From an uncultured Bacilli bacterium (lineage in GTDB: Bacteria > Bacillota_I > Bacilli_A > RF39 > UBA660), in assembly GCA_944332715.1 (NCBI GenBank), contig CALVKN010000002.1, positions 1 through 63,551 on the forward strand: a stretch of 63,551 nucleotides of DNA, given 5' to 3'. Of this stretch, positions 54,082 to 63,551 are shown piece after piece; position 1 is the first letter of the stretch, and each line of letters starts with the position of its first letter. Below the pieces are notes generated by a model. The model ran no database searches. It had not been told where the DNA came from and was given only the letters and a program-made list of their open reading frames with translations. The position numbers were made by a program, and so were the translations under genes.

Positions 54082-57000
54082 ATGGATAAGAGAAAAGGTA
54101 TAATTTTAGCTATTGTACTATTTTTGATCATTGGACTTGGAACATTCGTGTTTGCAGGTGGCAGTGAAGATGAAGGATCAGGAAATGGTACAATTACTCC
54201 ACAACCTAATGGTGGAGATAATAATGATCCTGTTAATCCAGATTCTGAAGAAGAAACTGGAAATAATGAAGAAGGAGGAAACCAAGGCGGAAGTCAAAGT
54301 AGACCAGCTGGTGGAAATGATGGTTCTGACGGAGAAGAATTAGTAACTGATGGCGAAGGTGAAGAACAAAATCCGGAAGAAACAGTTGATTATAAAGCAT
54401 TACTTTCTAAACTAGAAGAAATGGTTAATTCAGCAACTAATAAAGACGATTTAGCCAAAGCAGAAGAATTTAGACAAGATAATAATATAACTGAAACTAA
54501 TATTGATGCTTTAGGTAATGCTGAAGACAGCAAAACATTCGATGAAATAATGGCTATTTTAACCGATGAAACTGCACCAGTAGTAACACCTGACAATTTA
54601 AATAATCTCTTTACTAAAGATGATGTTAAAGTTACTATCACAGATGATACTGAAACTTCTTATACAGTAACATTAAATGGTAAAGAAGTAGAAGATGCCG
54701 ATTTAAGTAATTTAAGTGCTGAAGGAACATATACTTTAACTGTTGTTGATGCCGCATTTAATGAAACAGTTGTAACATTCACAATTGATAAAACTGCTCC
54801 AACTATTTCAGGAGTAGATGTAGAATATAATAATAAATCTGAAATAGTAAAGATAAGTGATACAAATTTATCAAGTGTTACAATTAATGGTGTAGAACAA
54901 GAATTGACTGGAACTACATTTGAAAAGAAATTCCCAAGCGATGGAACATATACAATTGTAGTAAAAGACAAAGCTGGAAATGAAAACTCAGTAACATTTA
55001 CAATTGATAAAACTGCTCCAACTATTTCGGGAGTAGATGTAGAATATAATAATAAATCTGAAATAGTAAAAATAAGTGATACAAATTTATCAAGTGTTAC
55101 AATTAATGGTGTAGAACAAGAATTGACTGGAACTACATTTGAAAAGAAATTCCCAAGCGATGGAACATATACAATTGTAGTAAAAGACAAAGCTGGAAAT
55201 GAAAACTCAGTAACATTTACAATTGATAAAACTAATCCATTATTAGTTATAAATGGTGAAGTTATCGAAGAAACTGATGAAACATTATATTTTACTGAAG
55301 ATATAAAAGTAACTGTTGAAGAAGCAAATTTAGAAACATTTACTTCAAATACACATGATAGAACTAAAGAAGTTTTAGAAGAATGGAATGTTTCTGAAGG
55401 TGGTTATACATTTGTCATAACTGATAAAGCAGGTAATAAGACAACTTATAAAGTAGTTGTTGATAAAACTCCAATTCCTGTAAATCATTTATATGTAAAA
55501 AATAATAGCCATGAAGATTACAATGTAAGTGAAGAAAATCGCTATAAAGTAATTGGTAATGGTCAAGAATTATATGTTGAATATGTTCTAAAAGAAGAAT
55601 TTACTTCTACTCCAATACTTACTATTGGTGGTAAAGAATATGAAATGACTTGTGATGTTGCAAGTTGGAATGATGAACTTTACAAATGTGATGCTCATGT
55701 AACTATTAGTGAAGATATGAATCTTGTTAATGGTGAAGTAATTCCATTTACTATAACAGGTGTTAAAGATATCGCTGGTAATGAAACAGTTGTTACAGAA
55801 AAAGATACAACTGTAAGTGATAAATATGGAAAAGTTGTATATGACAATGATCCAGCACAATCTATTTGGGTATACATTTTAAATGCTGATGAAGATCACA
55901 GAACAATTATTGGTAATAATCAAAAGTTAATCGTTGAAATAAATGTTAATGAAGAATTACTTGTAAATCCAGTAATTACTATCGGAGATTATCAAGTAGA
56001 ATTAACTCGTAGAGCTAATGATTCTCGTTATATTTATTCAAAAACTATTACAATTGATGCTGATGAAATGAAATTAGTTCATGATGAGAATATAGCATTT
56101 ACTATTTCAGTTACTGATGTTGCAGGTAAAACTACAACTCTTGATAATAAAAATGTTACAATTCATGAAGAAAAAGGTTATGGTCAAGTTAAATACGATG
56201 GAGAAGCTCCTGAATATGTATCACTAGGTATGCAAAACAATGACCATACATCTAGTCATGAAAATGGTGATATTACGGTTGCTAATATTGGTGATCATAT
56301 AAGAATATTAATTCGTTTTGATGAATTATTAGCTATAACTCCAAAAATTAGAATTGGAGATTCTGAAGAATTTGAATTAAAGTTACATACTGATTATGAA
56401 AACTTTGAAAAGTATACATATTGGGCAGATATTGAATTAACTAAAGATATGAATTTAGCTGATGGTGCCTTAGAATATGTTATTTATGGTTATGCTGATG
56501 CTTTCGGTAATGTTGGTAAGAATTTATCATCAACTGATGAAGTAAATCCAATAAATAATCCATCTTTACCAGGAGTTACATTAGATACAGAAGTGGAAAA
56601 TCCTGAATGGATTTATACTTTAAATTTATCAGATAAAAACAATCGTAAAACTATTAAAGATGGGCAAACATTAAGAGTTGAAGCTAATTTTACTGAAGAA
56701 TTAGTTACAACTCCAGTACTTACAATTGGTGATTCACAAAGCGTAGCTTTTAGAAAATGCGAAGAAACTAGTTTTGGTAAGTATGTTTGTGTAGCTGATA
56801 TTGTAATTGATAATAGTATAGCAAATTTAGAAAATAATAAAGTAATTCCAATTAAAATAACAAATATTGAAGATAAAGGTGGAAATACTTTAGAATTAGA
56901 TAACTCATATATTACAGAAACAACAGAATATGGAGAAGTTACATATGATAATGAAGCTCCTGTATATACTTCATTAGGATTAGTAAATATGACTCATTTT

Positions 57001-58356
57001 GATGAAGATTCTAAAGGTGATAATTTATATGTTGCTAATGTTGGGGATAAATTAAGAGTAATAATTTTCTTCGATGAATTACTTGCAACAGACCCAACTG
57101 TAACTATTGGTGGAGTTTCTGAAAAATTACATCATGATGAAGATTGGGAAAATTATGGTTATTGGGCAGATATTGAAATAACTGAAGAAATGAATCTTGA
57201 AGATGGAAACATTGACTTTGTAGTTAGTGGCTATGCTGATGCTGTTGGTAATGTTGGTGTTGATCTAACTAGTAAAGATATTAAAAATAGTCCTCATAAA
57301 GGAGTAAGACTTGATACTGTTGCTGCAAAAAAACATGCAGTGTATCTATGGGCTAATACTGAATCTGTAGTAGAAAACATTGATGGTAAAGATTATGTAG
57401 TTTATTATGTAACTAATGGTGATGTAGTAACTGCTACTATTAGTGTAAATGAAATTCTAGGTGAAAATCCTAAGTTTGTTATAGGCTATAACGGTGGAAG
57501 TTATGATGTACCACAAGATCAAGTTATATTTAGTGAACTAGATGATGTCGAAGACTTTAAATATGTATATTCAGCTCAAATCACAATTCCTGAAGATGTA
57601 AAAACTGAAAATACAGAATTAACATTAACTGTTTATAATGTAGTTGATCAAGCAGGAAATGTTACAAATAATGGGGAAGCAATTGGTATTTCTAATGTAA
57701 ACAGAATTTTCGTTGATACAACTGCACCAGAACTAACTTTGGTTGGTAAAGAAGAAACATATGATAATATTCTTCGTATTGAAGCTGGTACAGAAATAAC
57801 TTTAGAAGATGTATTAGCAACTGCAACTGATGCATCATTTGATGGTGAAATTACTGTTGAACCATATCGTGCAGAATTTTATGCAAATACTGGTATAGCA
57901 GAAGATAATGATTATACATACGATTTTTCTAATGGTTTTGATACTAGAAAACCAACTGGATCAAGATATAATATCTATTATAAAGTAACTGATAAAGCAG
58001 GTAATACTACTGAAGATGTAATGATTCTTGCAATATCTGATACTACTGCTGCAACTATTACACCAAACCAAGATGATAATTATCATGTAGAATATGGTAG
58101 TGAATATACTTCTGTTACAGCAAAAGTAACTGATAATGTAGATGAAACCGATATTATTGAACCTTGGGAATATATTAGATTTGATTTTCAATTCAATAAT
58201 TTGGGTGAAGTATATTATAATGATACATTCGATACTACTAAACCAGGACGTTATTTAGCAATATGGGATTATAAAGATTCGTCTGGAAATGTAAGCGATA
58301 CTTTAAAAAGATGGGTAATAGTAAGTGATACTACTTGCTCCAGCATTAGTAGTTGA
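54082..58356 (+). CDS. Giant surface protein with Gly/Glu-rich linker and many Ig-like (DKTAP/DTTAP-delimited) domains; reading frame breaks at about 58335
   Basis: ATG 54082 behind GGGAGG. N-terminal TM/signal. Recurrent FTIDKTAPTISG / VDTTAPELTLVG domain boundaries. ORF ends ...VSDTTCSSISS* where the +1 frame continues the repeat logic. Confidence 0.85.
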   Translation: MDKRKGIILAIVLFLIIGLGTFVFAGGSEDEGSGNGTITPQPNGGDNNDPVNPDSEEETGNNEEGGNQGGSQSRPAGGNDGSDGEELVTDGEGEEQNPEETVDYKALLSKLEEMVNSATNKDDLAKAEEFRQDNNITETNIDALGNAEDSKTFDEIMAILTDETAPVVTPDNLNNLFTKDDVKVTITDDTETSYTVTLNGKEVEDADLSNLSAEGTYTLTVVDAAFNETVVTFTIDKTAPTISGVDVEYNNKSEIVKISDTNLSSVTINGVEQELTGTTFEKKFPSDGTYTIVVKDKAGNENSVTFTIDKTAPTISGVDVEYNNKSEIVKISDTNLSSVTINGVEQELTGTTFEKKFPSDGTYTIVVKDKAGNENSVTFTIDKTNPLLVINGEVIEETDETLYFTEDIKVTVEEANLETFTSNTHDRTKEVLEEWNVSEGGYTFVITDKAGNKTTYKVVVDKTPIPVNHLYVKNNSHEDYNVSEENRYKVIGNGQELYVEYVLKEEFTSTPILTIGGKEYEMTCDVASWNDELYKCDAHVTISEDMNLVNGEVIPFTITGVKDIAGNETVVTEKDTTVSDKYGKVVYDNDPAQSIWVYILNADEDHRTIIGNNQKLIVEINVNEELLVNPVITIGDYQVELTRRANDSRYIYSKTITIDADEMKLVHDENIAFTISVTDVAGKTTTLDNKNVTIHEEKGYGQVKYDGEAPEYVSLGMQNNDHTSSHENGDITVANIGDHIRILIRFDELLAITPKIRIGDSEEFELKLHTDYENFEKYTYWADIELTKDMNLADGALEYVIYGYADAFGNVGKNLSSTDEVNPINNPSLPGVTLDTEVENPEWIYTLNLSDKNNRKTIKDGQTLRVEANFTEELVTTPVLTIGDSQSVAFRKCEETSFGKYVCVADIVIDNSIANLENNKVIPIKITNIEDKGGNTLELDNSYITETTEYGEVTYDNEAPVYTSLGLVNMTHFDEDSKGDNLYVANVGDKLRVIIFFDELLATDPTVTIGGVSEKLHHDEDWENYGYWADIEITEEMNLEDGNIDFVVSGYADAVGNVGVDLTSKDIKNSPHKGVRLDTVAAKKHAVYLWANTESVVENIDGKDYVVYYVTNGDVVTATISVNEILGENPKFVIGYNGGSYDVPQDQVIFSELDDVEDFKYVYSAQITIPEDVKTENTELTLTVYNVVDQAGNVTNNGEAIGISNVNRIFVDTTAPELTLVGKEETYDNILRIEAGTEITLEDVLATATDASFDGEITVEPYRAEFYANTGIAEDNDYTYDFSNGFDTRKPTGSRYNIYYKVTDKAGNTTEDVMILAISDTTAATITPNQDDNYHVEYGSEYTSVTAKVTDNVDETDIIEPWEYIRFDFQFNNLGEVYYNDTFDTTKPGRYLAIWDYKDSSGNVSDTLKRWVIVSDTTCSSISS
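54778..55215 (+). repeat. Two tandem 219-bp coding repeats (73-aa Ig-like unit)
   Basis: 54778-54996 vs 54997-55215 differ at 3 positions (ttc/ttt, tca/tcg, aag/aaa), all synonymous. Confidence 0.95.
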
Positions 58357-59099
58357 TACGGTTGAAAATGGAGTTTCTATAAGTGATAACCCTCAAGTTC
58401 ATGCAACTGACTTACAAGAATTTGAAGTGGTAATTAAGTTAGATGGCAAAGAAGTAAGAAGAGATAAAGCAACATTAAATAGTGAAGGTCTATATTCAGT
58501 ATGGTTCGGAATTGGCCATTTAGCTGATGGTGACTATGTTGTTGAAGCAACAGATGCTGCTGGAAACACATCAAAAGAAGAATTTACATTAATAAGATTA
58601 AATATAACAGATTCTGATGTTGGTTCTAATCTTATAGATACATCTAGTTAACACTATAAATAATTTCAATTCATTTGCTGTTAAATTTAATAAAGATTTA
58701 ATATTTGAATATGGGTCAACCGATAAAACTTATACAATTTCATTTGAATATAGCACAGATGGAGTAACATACAATGAATCTGATTATAAAATAACAAATT
58801 GGGCTGATGCTTTAGTAAAAAATCCTTATTCGTCTCCAGCTGAAAGATATATATTAAGTCCTAGTGTTACTATTCCTGCTGGCTCTCCAATTTATTGGAG
58901 TGGAACTAAAGTCGGAGAAAGATGGACAGAAATATATGATGCAATTGTTGCTACAAAAGGGACAGATGATAAGGTATATGTAAAAACAATCTTTACAGTT
59001 GTTCAACCATCATATACTAAATCATTTGAATTAGGAGAAGTTATTTACTCAGATGGTGGCAATGAAGTGTCTGAAAGAGGAATGGCTGAATTCAATTAA
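58325..59099 (+). pseudogene. 3' continuation of the giant surface-protein gene in two further frames
   Basis: Frame 2 (58325-58651) reads ..APALVVDTVENGVSISDNPQ... Frame 3 is open from 58638 to the stop at 59097-59099 with no start codon (..NTINNFNSFAVKFNKD...MAEFN*). Confidence 0.6.
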
Positions 59100-59123
59100 T
59101 GATTTTAATATCAATAAGTTTAA

Positions 59124-59149
59124 AGAGCAAAATTAATTGCTCTTTTTTT
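59124..59149 (+). terminator. Intrinsic terminator
   Basis: agagcaa-aattaa-ttgctct followed by TTTTTT. Near-identical copy at 61086-61110. Confidence 0.75.
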
Positions 59150-59238
59150 AATACTTTGGTAATGTATTAAAAAAAGATAAATTCTTTGCAATAAATTTGA
59201 TTCCTATTGCATTGTCTTAGTGAAAGGAGTTAAAAACA

Positions 59239-59745
59239 GTGGAATTAAGTAGTTACATTGTAAGAATAGCTGACAAAGATACAAATGCTTTGCATGAATT
59301 ATATGAATTTATAAATAAAAATGTCTATGCATACTCATTAAGTATTTTAAAAAATCATGATGATGCTTTAGAGGTAATGCAAGATACATTTATAACTATT
59401 TATAATAATGCTGATAAGTATGAAAACCAAGATAAACCAATGGCATGGATACTTACTATTACTAAGAATTTGTCTTATATGAAGTTAAGAAAAAGTAAAG
59501 TAACAAGTGATATTGATGATCTAGTATTTGCAAGTAATGATAATCATGATGATAAATTATTAGTTAAGCATCTATTAGATAAATTAACTAAGGAAGAAAG
59601 AGAAATAGTAATACTACATGTTGTAAATGGATTTAAGTTTCATGAAATAGCTAAATTACTTAATTTAAAGTTGTCTACGACATTATCTAAATATCACAGG
59701 GCAATTAAAAGAATCAAAGAAATTGTAAAGGAGGAATCGATATGA
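59239..59745 (+). CDS. ECF-type RNA polymerase sigma-70 family factor
   Basis: GTG start behind AAAGGAG. Region 2 (DALEVMQDTFITIYNNADKY..PMAWILTITKNL) and region 4 HTH (LTKEEREIVILHVVNGFKFHEIAKLLNLKLSTTLSKYHRA). Confidence 0.88.
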   Translation: MELSSYIVRIADKDTNALHELYEFINKNVYAYSLSILKNHDDALEVMQDTFITIYNNADKYENQDKPMAWILTITKNLSYMKLRKSKVTSDIDDLVFASNDNHDDKLLVKHLLDKLTKEEREIVILHVVNGFKFHEIAKLLNLKLSTTLSKYHRAIKRIKEIVKEESI

Positions 59746-61085
59746 GTAAAATAAAGAAAAAAATTAAGGGGGCTTTTAATAATATCGTACTTCCCGATTT
59801 TGATATGAATACTCTAGAAAAAAGGAAAGGAATGGTATTAGTGAAAGAAGAGAGTAAAAAAAGTAAAAAGGGGTTATGGATTGGTTTATCTACAGCAGTG
59901 GTTGCTGTTTGTGTTTGTTTATTTATTGGCCTTGGCTATTTTAATAATAATATAAGGGTTGCATCTACAATTGGTATTGATGTAAATCCTAGTATTACTG
60001 TAACTGTTAACAAAAAAGAAAAAGTACTTGATGTAACAGCCAATAATGATGATGCTCGCATTATTCTGGAAGGAATGGATCTGGCAGGTAGTGATATAAA
60101 TGTTGCTATTAACGCCTTGATTGGTTCAATGGTTAAAAATGGCTATATTGATGAACTGGCTAACTCAATCCTTATTTCCGTAGATAATCCAAATAGTGCT
60201 GAAAGTGAAGCACTAAGACAAAAAATAGTTGATGAATTAAATACCTTCATAAATAGTGGAAATAATATTTCTGTTGTTAGTCAAAGTATTACTTCAAGTA
60301 GTGATAAAGAAGCATTAGCAAATAGTTACGGTATATCAGTGGGCAAATTAGAACTTATTGAAAAATTGATTGCTAAAAACAATTTATATACCTATGAAGA
60401 CTTAAAAGATTTATCTATTAATGAATTAAATTTATTACTTGGAAGTACGACAGAAAATGTAACTACCTCTGGTACTGCTAGTGATAAGTCATATATAGGT
60501 AAAGATAAAGCGTTAGAAATTGCTTTAAGTGATGCTGGAGTAAGTAGTGTAACTTGGAGTGAAGTAGAGATGGATTATGATGATGGCTTCATGACTTATG
60601 AAGTAGAATTTACCTATAATAATCGAGAATATGATTATGAGATAAATGCTATAACTGGAGATATTTTAGAATCTAATAGAGAATATGATGATGATGCAAA
60701 TGCTAATAGTGGTTCATCAAGTAATAGTAATAGTTCTAGCAGCAGTTCAAGTAATAATTCTAGTAGTAGTGCTAATACGTCTTCTATTTCATCAACCATT
60801 TCTGGCTATGAAAGTGAAGCAGAAAGTATATTAAGTTCTATCAATAATATTACAACTCCAAGTAACAGGGATGATGCTCTATCTTTATATAGAGAATGGG
60901 AAAGTAAGATTGAATCTTTGGATAATGAGTTAGATAATTATGATGATACTCTAGAAAGAATGTATAAACGCGGAGAATTATCGCGTAGTGATTATAATTC
61001 TTATGAACGCCAAATAGAAGCAATAGAAAACACTTTAGAACAAGCAGAAGAAACTTTAGAATACCGCACTGGTTATGATGATTAA
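59742..61085 (+). CDS. Anti-sigma-factor-like membrane protein with RsgI-type middle domain, PepSY domain, Ser-rich linker and coiled coil
   Basis: ATGA overlap with the sigma gene. Single TM. IDVNPSITVTVNKKEKVLDVTANNDDARIIL segment. PepSY-like YIGKDKALEIALSDAG...YEVEFTYNNREYDYEINAITGDIL. Poly-Ser tract. Confidence 0.7.
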   Translation: MSKIKKKIKGAFNNIVLPDFDMNTLEKRKGMVLVKEESKKSKKGLWIGLSTAVVAVCVCLFIGLGYFNNNIRVASTIGIDVNPSITVTVNKKEKVLDVTANNDDARIILEGMDLAGSDINVAINALIGSMVKNGYIDELANSILISVDNPNSAESEALRQKIVDELNTFINSGNNISVVSQSITSSSDKEALANSYGISVGKLELIEKLIAKNNLYTYEDLKDLSINELNLLLGSTTENVTTSGTASDKSYIGKDKALEIALSDAGVSSVTWSEVEMDYDDGFMTYEVEFTYNNREYDYEINAITGDILESNREYDDDANANSGSSSNSNSSSSSSSNNSSSSANTSSISSTISGYESEAESILSSINNITTPSNRDDALSLYREWESKIESLDNELDNYDDTLERMYKRGELSRSDYNSYERQIEAIENTLEQAEETLEYRTGYDD

Positions 61086-61110
61086 AGAGTAAAATTAATT
61101 GCTCTTTTTT
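61086..61110 (+). terminator. Intrinsic terminator (twin of 59124-59149)
   Basis: agagtaa-aattaa-ttgctct followed by TTTTTT. Confidence 0.75.
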
Positions 61111-61152
61111 CTTTGATATGCTATACTTTTAATGTAGTAAGGATGTGAAATT

Positions 61153-61545
61153 ATGGCATATATAAAATTTAAAGAATTAACTAAATATTTTGATTTTAAG
61201 GATGAAACAAATCCTTTTGATTTACCAGATTATGCAAAGGAATATGTTGAAAAAGAAGAAAAAATATTAATGGGTTATAAAAATAGTAAAGATTATGTAG
61301 TATTTACTGATAGAAAAATGATTTTATTTGATAGGGATACTCTAGCAGTATATTATAAAAAAATCCATATAATACCTTATGTATCAATTTCAACTAGTGC
61401 CATTAATTTTAAACCAGGCAAGGTAGAAATATTATTTAGCCTAGATAGTGGATATCAATTACATATAAATTTTTTAGATATGAATCATGATAAAAAAGAA
61501 ACTATAAAAGGTATTTACAAAGTAATGATGCGGACAAAAATATAA
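61153..61545 (+). CDS. Bacterial PH-domain (YokE/bPH-like) protein
   Basis: 130 aa. VVFTDRKMILFD...ILFSL pattern typical of bacterial PH-like domains (by-eye assignment). Confidence 0.5.
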   Translation: MAYIKFKELTKYFDFKDETNPFDLPDYAKEYVEKEEKILMGYKNSKDYVVFTDRKMILFDRDTLAVYYKKIHIIPYVSISTSAINFKPGKVEILFSLDSGYQLHINFLDMNHDKKETIKGIYKVMMRTKI

Positions 61546-61640
61546 CTTAACATAAAAAATGTATAGGACTCTATTTTTAGAGTTTTTTGCTTGTTAAAAA
61601 GATGGTTCTATGTTATCCTTATAATAGGAGGAAAGATAAA

Positions 61641-63458
61641 ATGAAAAAATATTTTGCGGGGTTAGTAGCATTTGTCATTATGTTATTCCCTATGATGGTA
61701 AATGCTTCGGAAATAACTAAGGCTAGTGCTCCAGTTTGGATGGAAAGTGAACAATATTTTATCGCTAATGGAACACCAATAGTTATTGAAGAAAAAGATG
61801 GCGTTACATACGCTTTATGGGAAGAGGAAGGAGAAAAAAAGGAACAAGCCATTACTGCAGGTACAATTGTAATTGGTGGAGTTTATAATCCATTTAGTGA
61901 AGGTGAAGGCCATGTTATAGATTTACCTGAAACAAGTATTACAATGAATAGTGGATCTGTTTGGTTTATTTCTGGTGGTAATGCCGTAGATAAAAATCTA
62001 AGTAGTTATGATAAAGTTCATGTTGGTGAAGTAAATATCACTATGAATGGTGGAAAAGTTTACGAAATTGCTGGTATTAGTGCAGCTTGGGAAGGTTATA
62101 TTAATGTATCAATTCCAGCAGATAAATATGCTAATATAAAAGATTTCTATTCAGTAGATACAGTTAATTTAAAATTAAATGATGCTACAATTACTCAAAG
62201 AGTTTATCTTACATCTAGTTATACTTATGTTGATGTTGCCAATGTCGATGTAGCAAATACTACAATTGGTAAAGTAGGTGTTGGTTCTGGTGGTGTTACA
62301 TTTGCTTATTCATCACTTTCAGCAGGAACTAATGGTAAAGTTGGTAAATTTATTGTAAATATTACCGATTCAAATATTGCTCAATTAGATGCTGGGTTAC
62401 GTGCTATGGTAGATGAAATGGAATTTAATATTAAAGGTAACACAGAAATAGGTGATATCTACGCAGGTTCGGGTTATGCTTATGAATCATATTCAACAAG
62501 TGGTACAACTGCTTGGACAAAATACGGATGGATTCCTTATGGACAAGTTGGAAAAACAATAATTAATATTGATACTGACGTAAAATACAATAATATTTAT
62601 AAAGGATTCCAATATACAGATATTGATGGTGTATCTGAATATGATACTTTCTATGAAAAATTTAAAGATAATGCTGATGTTCAAAAAGTAGCAATGGGTA
62701 TTGAAAATGCTAAAAATGCCCCAGTAATTATAACTTTAGGATCATCTCCACTTGTAACTAATTCAAATAATCAAAGTATCTTAGATAGTACTGCTGATTA
62801 TGTAAAAGTAACTTATATTTCTAAAGTAGATGCTCCAGTAGTAGATACTAATACTCCAGTAAATGTTCCAACATTTGGAGTAAATAATACCGATTCTTTA
62901 GATGAAGCATTAAATGTTGCTTTAGAAAATAATGCCGAAGTAAATGCTGCCGTTGCTGCAGGTGATAACATTTCTACTTCAATTGAAATTTCAGAAATTA
63001 CTGAAGTAAGTGAAGATGTTACAAAATTAGTTTTAGATAAACTTGCTACAATTAATGGTAACGCTAATGTAGTAGGTTATTATGATATAAGTGTTTTAAT
63101 TAAAAATATTACTAAAGATAAAGACATTGCTTATGTTACAGAACTAACTAGTCCAATAGAACTTACAGTAGTATTACCAGAAGAATTACAAAATGTTGAA
63201 GAAGGATATAATAGAGTTTATTATATGATACGTGAACATAATGGTGAAGTTGAATTAATCAGTACTAATATGGCAGAAGATGGTAAATCATTAACATTTA
63301 TTACTGATAAATTCTCAACGTATGCATTAACTTATGTTGATAGTAAAATAGTAGAAAATCCAAGCACAAGTGATAATGTAATTTACTACGCAGTTGCTGG
63401 TATAATTGCTTTAGTTGGTCTTGCTGGTACAGTAATATACTTAAAAAAACATAATTAA
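61641..63458 (+). CDS. Secreted surface protein with C-terminal wall-sorting-like signal
   Basis: ATG 61641 behind AGGAGG. Signal peptide MKKYFAGLVAFVIMLFPMMVNA. C-terminus ENPSTSDN plus hydrophobic helix plus KKHN. Confidence 0.8.
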   Translation: MKKYFAGLVAFVIMLFPMMVNASEITKASAPVWMESEQYFIANGTPIVIEEKDGVTYALWEEEGEKKEQAITAGTIVIGGVYNPFSEGEGHVIDLPETSITMNSGSVWFISGGNAVDKNLSSYDKVHVGEVNITMNGGKVYEIAGISAAWEGYINVSIPADKYANIKDFYSVDTVNLKLNDATITQRVYLTSSYTYVDVANVDVANTTIGKVGVGSGGVTFAYSSLSAGTNGKVGKFIVNITDSNIAQLDAGLRAMVDEMEFNIKGNTEIGDIYAGSGYAYESYSTSGTTAWTKYGWIPYGQVGKTIINIDTDVKYNNIYKGFQYTDIDGVSEYDTFYEKFKDNADVQKVAMGIENAKNAPVIITLGSSPLVTNSNNQSILDSTADYVKVTYISKVDAPVVDTNTPVNVPTFGVNNTDSLDEALNVALENNAEVNAAVAAGDNISTSIEISEITEVSEDVTKLVLDKLATINGNANVVGYYDISVLIKNITKDKDIAYVTELTSPIELTVVLPEELQNVEEGYNRVYYMIREHNGEVELISTNMAEDGKSLTFITDKFSTYALTYVDSKIVENPSTSDNVIYYAVAGIIALVGLAGTVIYLKKHN

Positions 63459-63551
63459 TACTTAAATTTAGAACTCGTTGAATCAAAAATAAGTGCACAA
63501 ATGAATAAAAAATGATAATAAAAAGTCATTTTCAAAAGAAAGTGCACTTTT

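Noticed and set aside
54778-55215. Possible CRISPR array or other non-coding repeat array
   Set aside because: The only tandem repeats in the window are 219-bp in-frame coding units of the giant surface protein. I saw no short direct repeats with unique spacers and no cas genes, including near the dual-HEPN gene.
63480-63551. Long-loop pairing of two AAGTGCAC/GTGCACTT copies after the last gene as a terminator
   Set aside because: The loop of about 40 nt is too long for a typical intrinsic terminator, and the window ends inside the element. It cannot be evaluated.

Overview
This 63.5-kb window comes from a very AT-rich chromosome (roughly 30% G+C by eye) that uses the standard genetic code. 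Gene content is Gram-positive in type (low-GC Bacillota, Erysipelotrichia-like): SepF/DivIVA, a LemA-DUF2207 pair, prepilin-type and sortase-like signals. The backbone is housekeeping: priA, rplS, lepB, tdk, glyQS, sepF, a divIVA-like gene, cdsA, rseP, rpsB, tsf, frr, tmcAL, miaA. Surface and accessory genes interrupt it. (i) Three paralogous ~840-aa secreted proteins (5589-8090, 31403-33919, 33948-36497) each carry a TasA/camelysin-type N-terminal signal, FN3 repeats and a variable C-terminal domain. The first paralogue ends in a striking GC-rich patch. (ii) Two tandem prepilin-leader proteins carry vWA domains (13458-17413). (iii) A four-gene operon (36630-41577) encodes a membrane-anchored McrB-like NTPase, a weakly McrC/DUF2357-like protein and a Ca-binding-repeat membrane protein. 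(iv) An ISL3 element lies at 41582-43045. (v) The most interesting locus (43080-51785) looks like an unclassified RiPP-type peptide-maturation cluster. It has an unannotated TTG-started 41-aa precursor (leader ending ELGG, core NYCSDSC), two radical SAM/SPASM enzymes, a PLP aminotransferase, a B12-type radical SAM enzyme, a PEP-utilising/swivelling-His phosphotransferase and a convergent YcaO. (vi) Next to it is a 510-aa protein with two Rx4H (HEPN-like) motifs. (vii) A >1,600-aa Ig-repeat surface protein has frameshifts at its 3' end and is followed by an ECF sigma/anti-sigma pair and another wall-anchored protein. I saw no rRNA, tRNA or CRISPR array. Several small-RNA candidates and one frameshifted carD-like gene are noted with low confidence.
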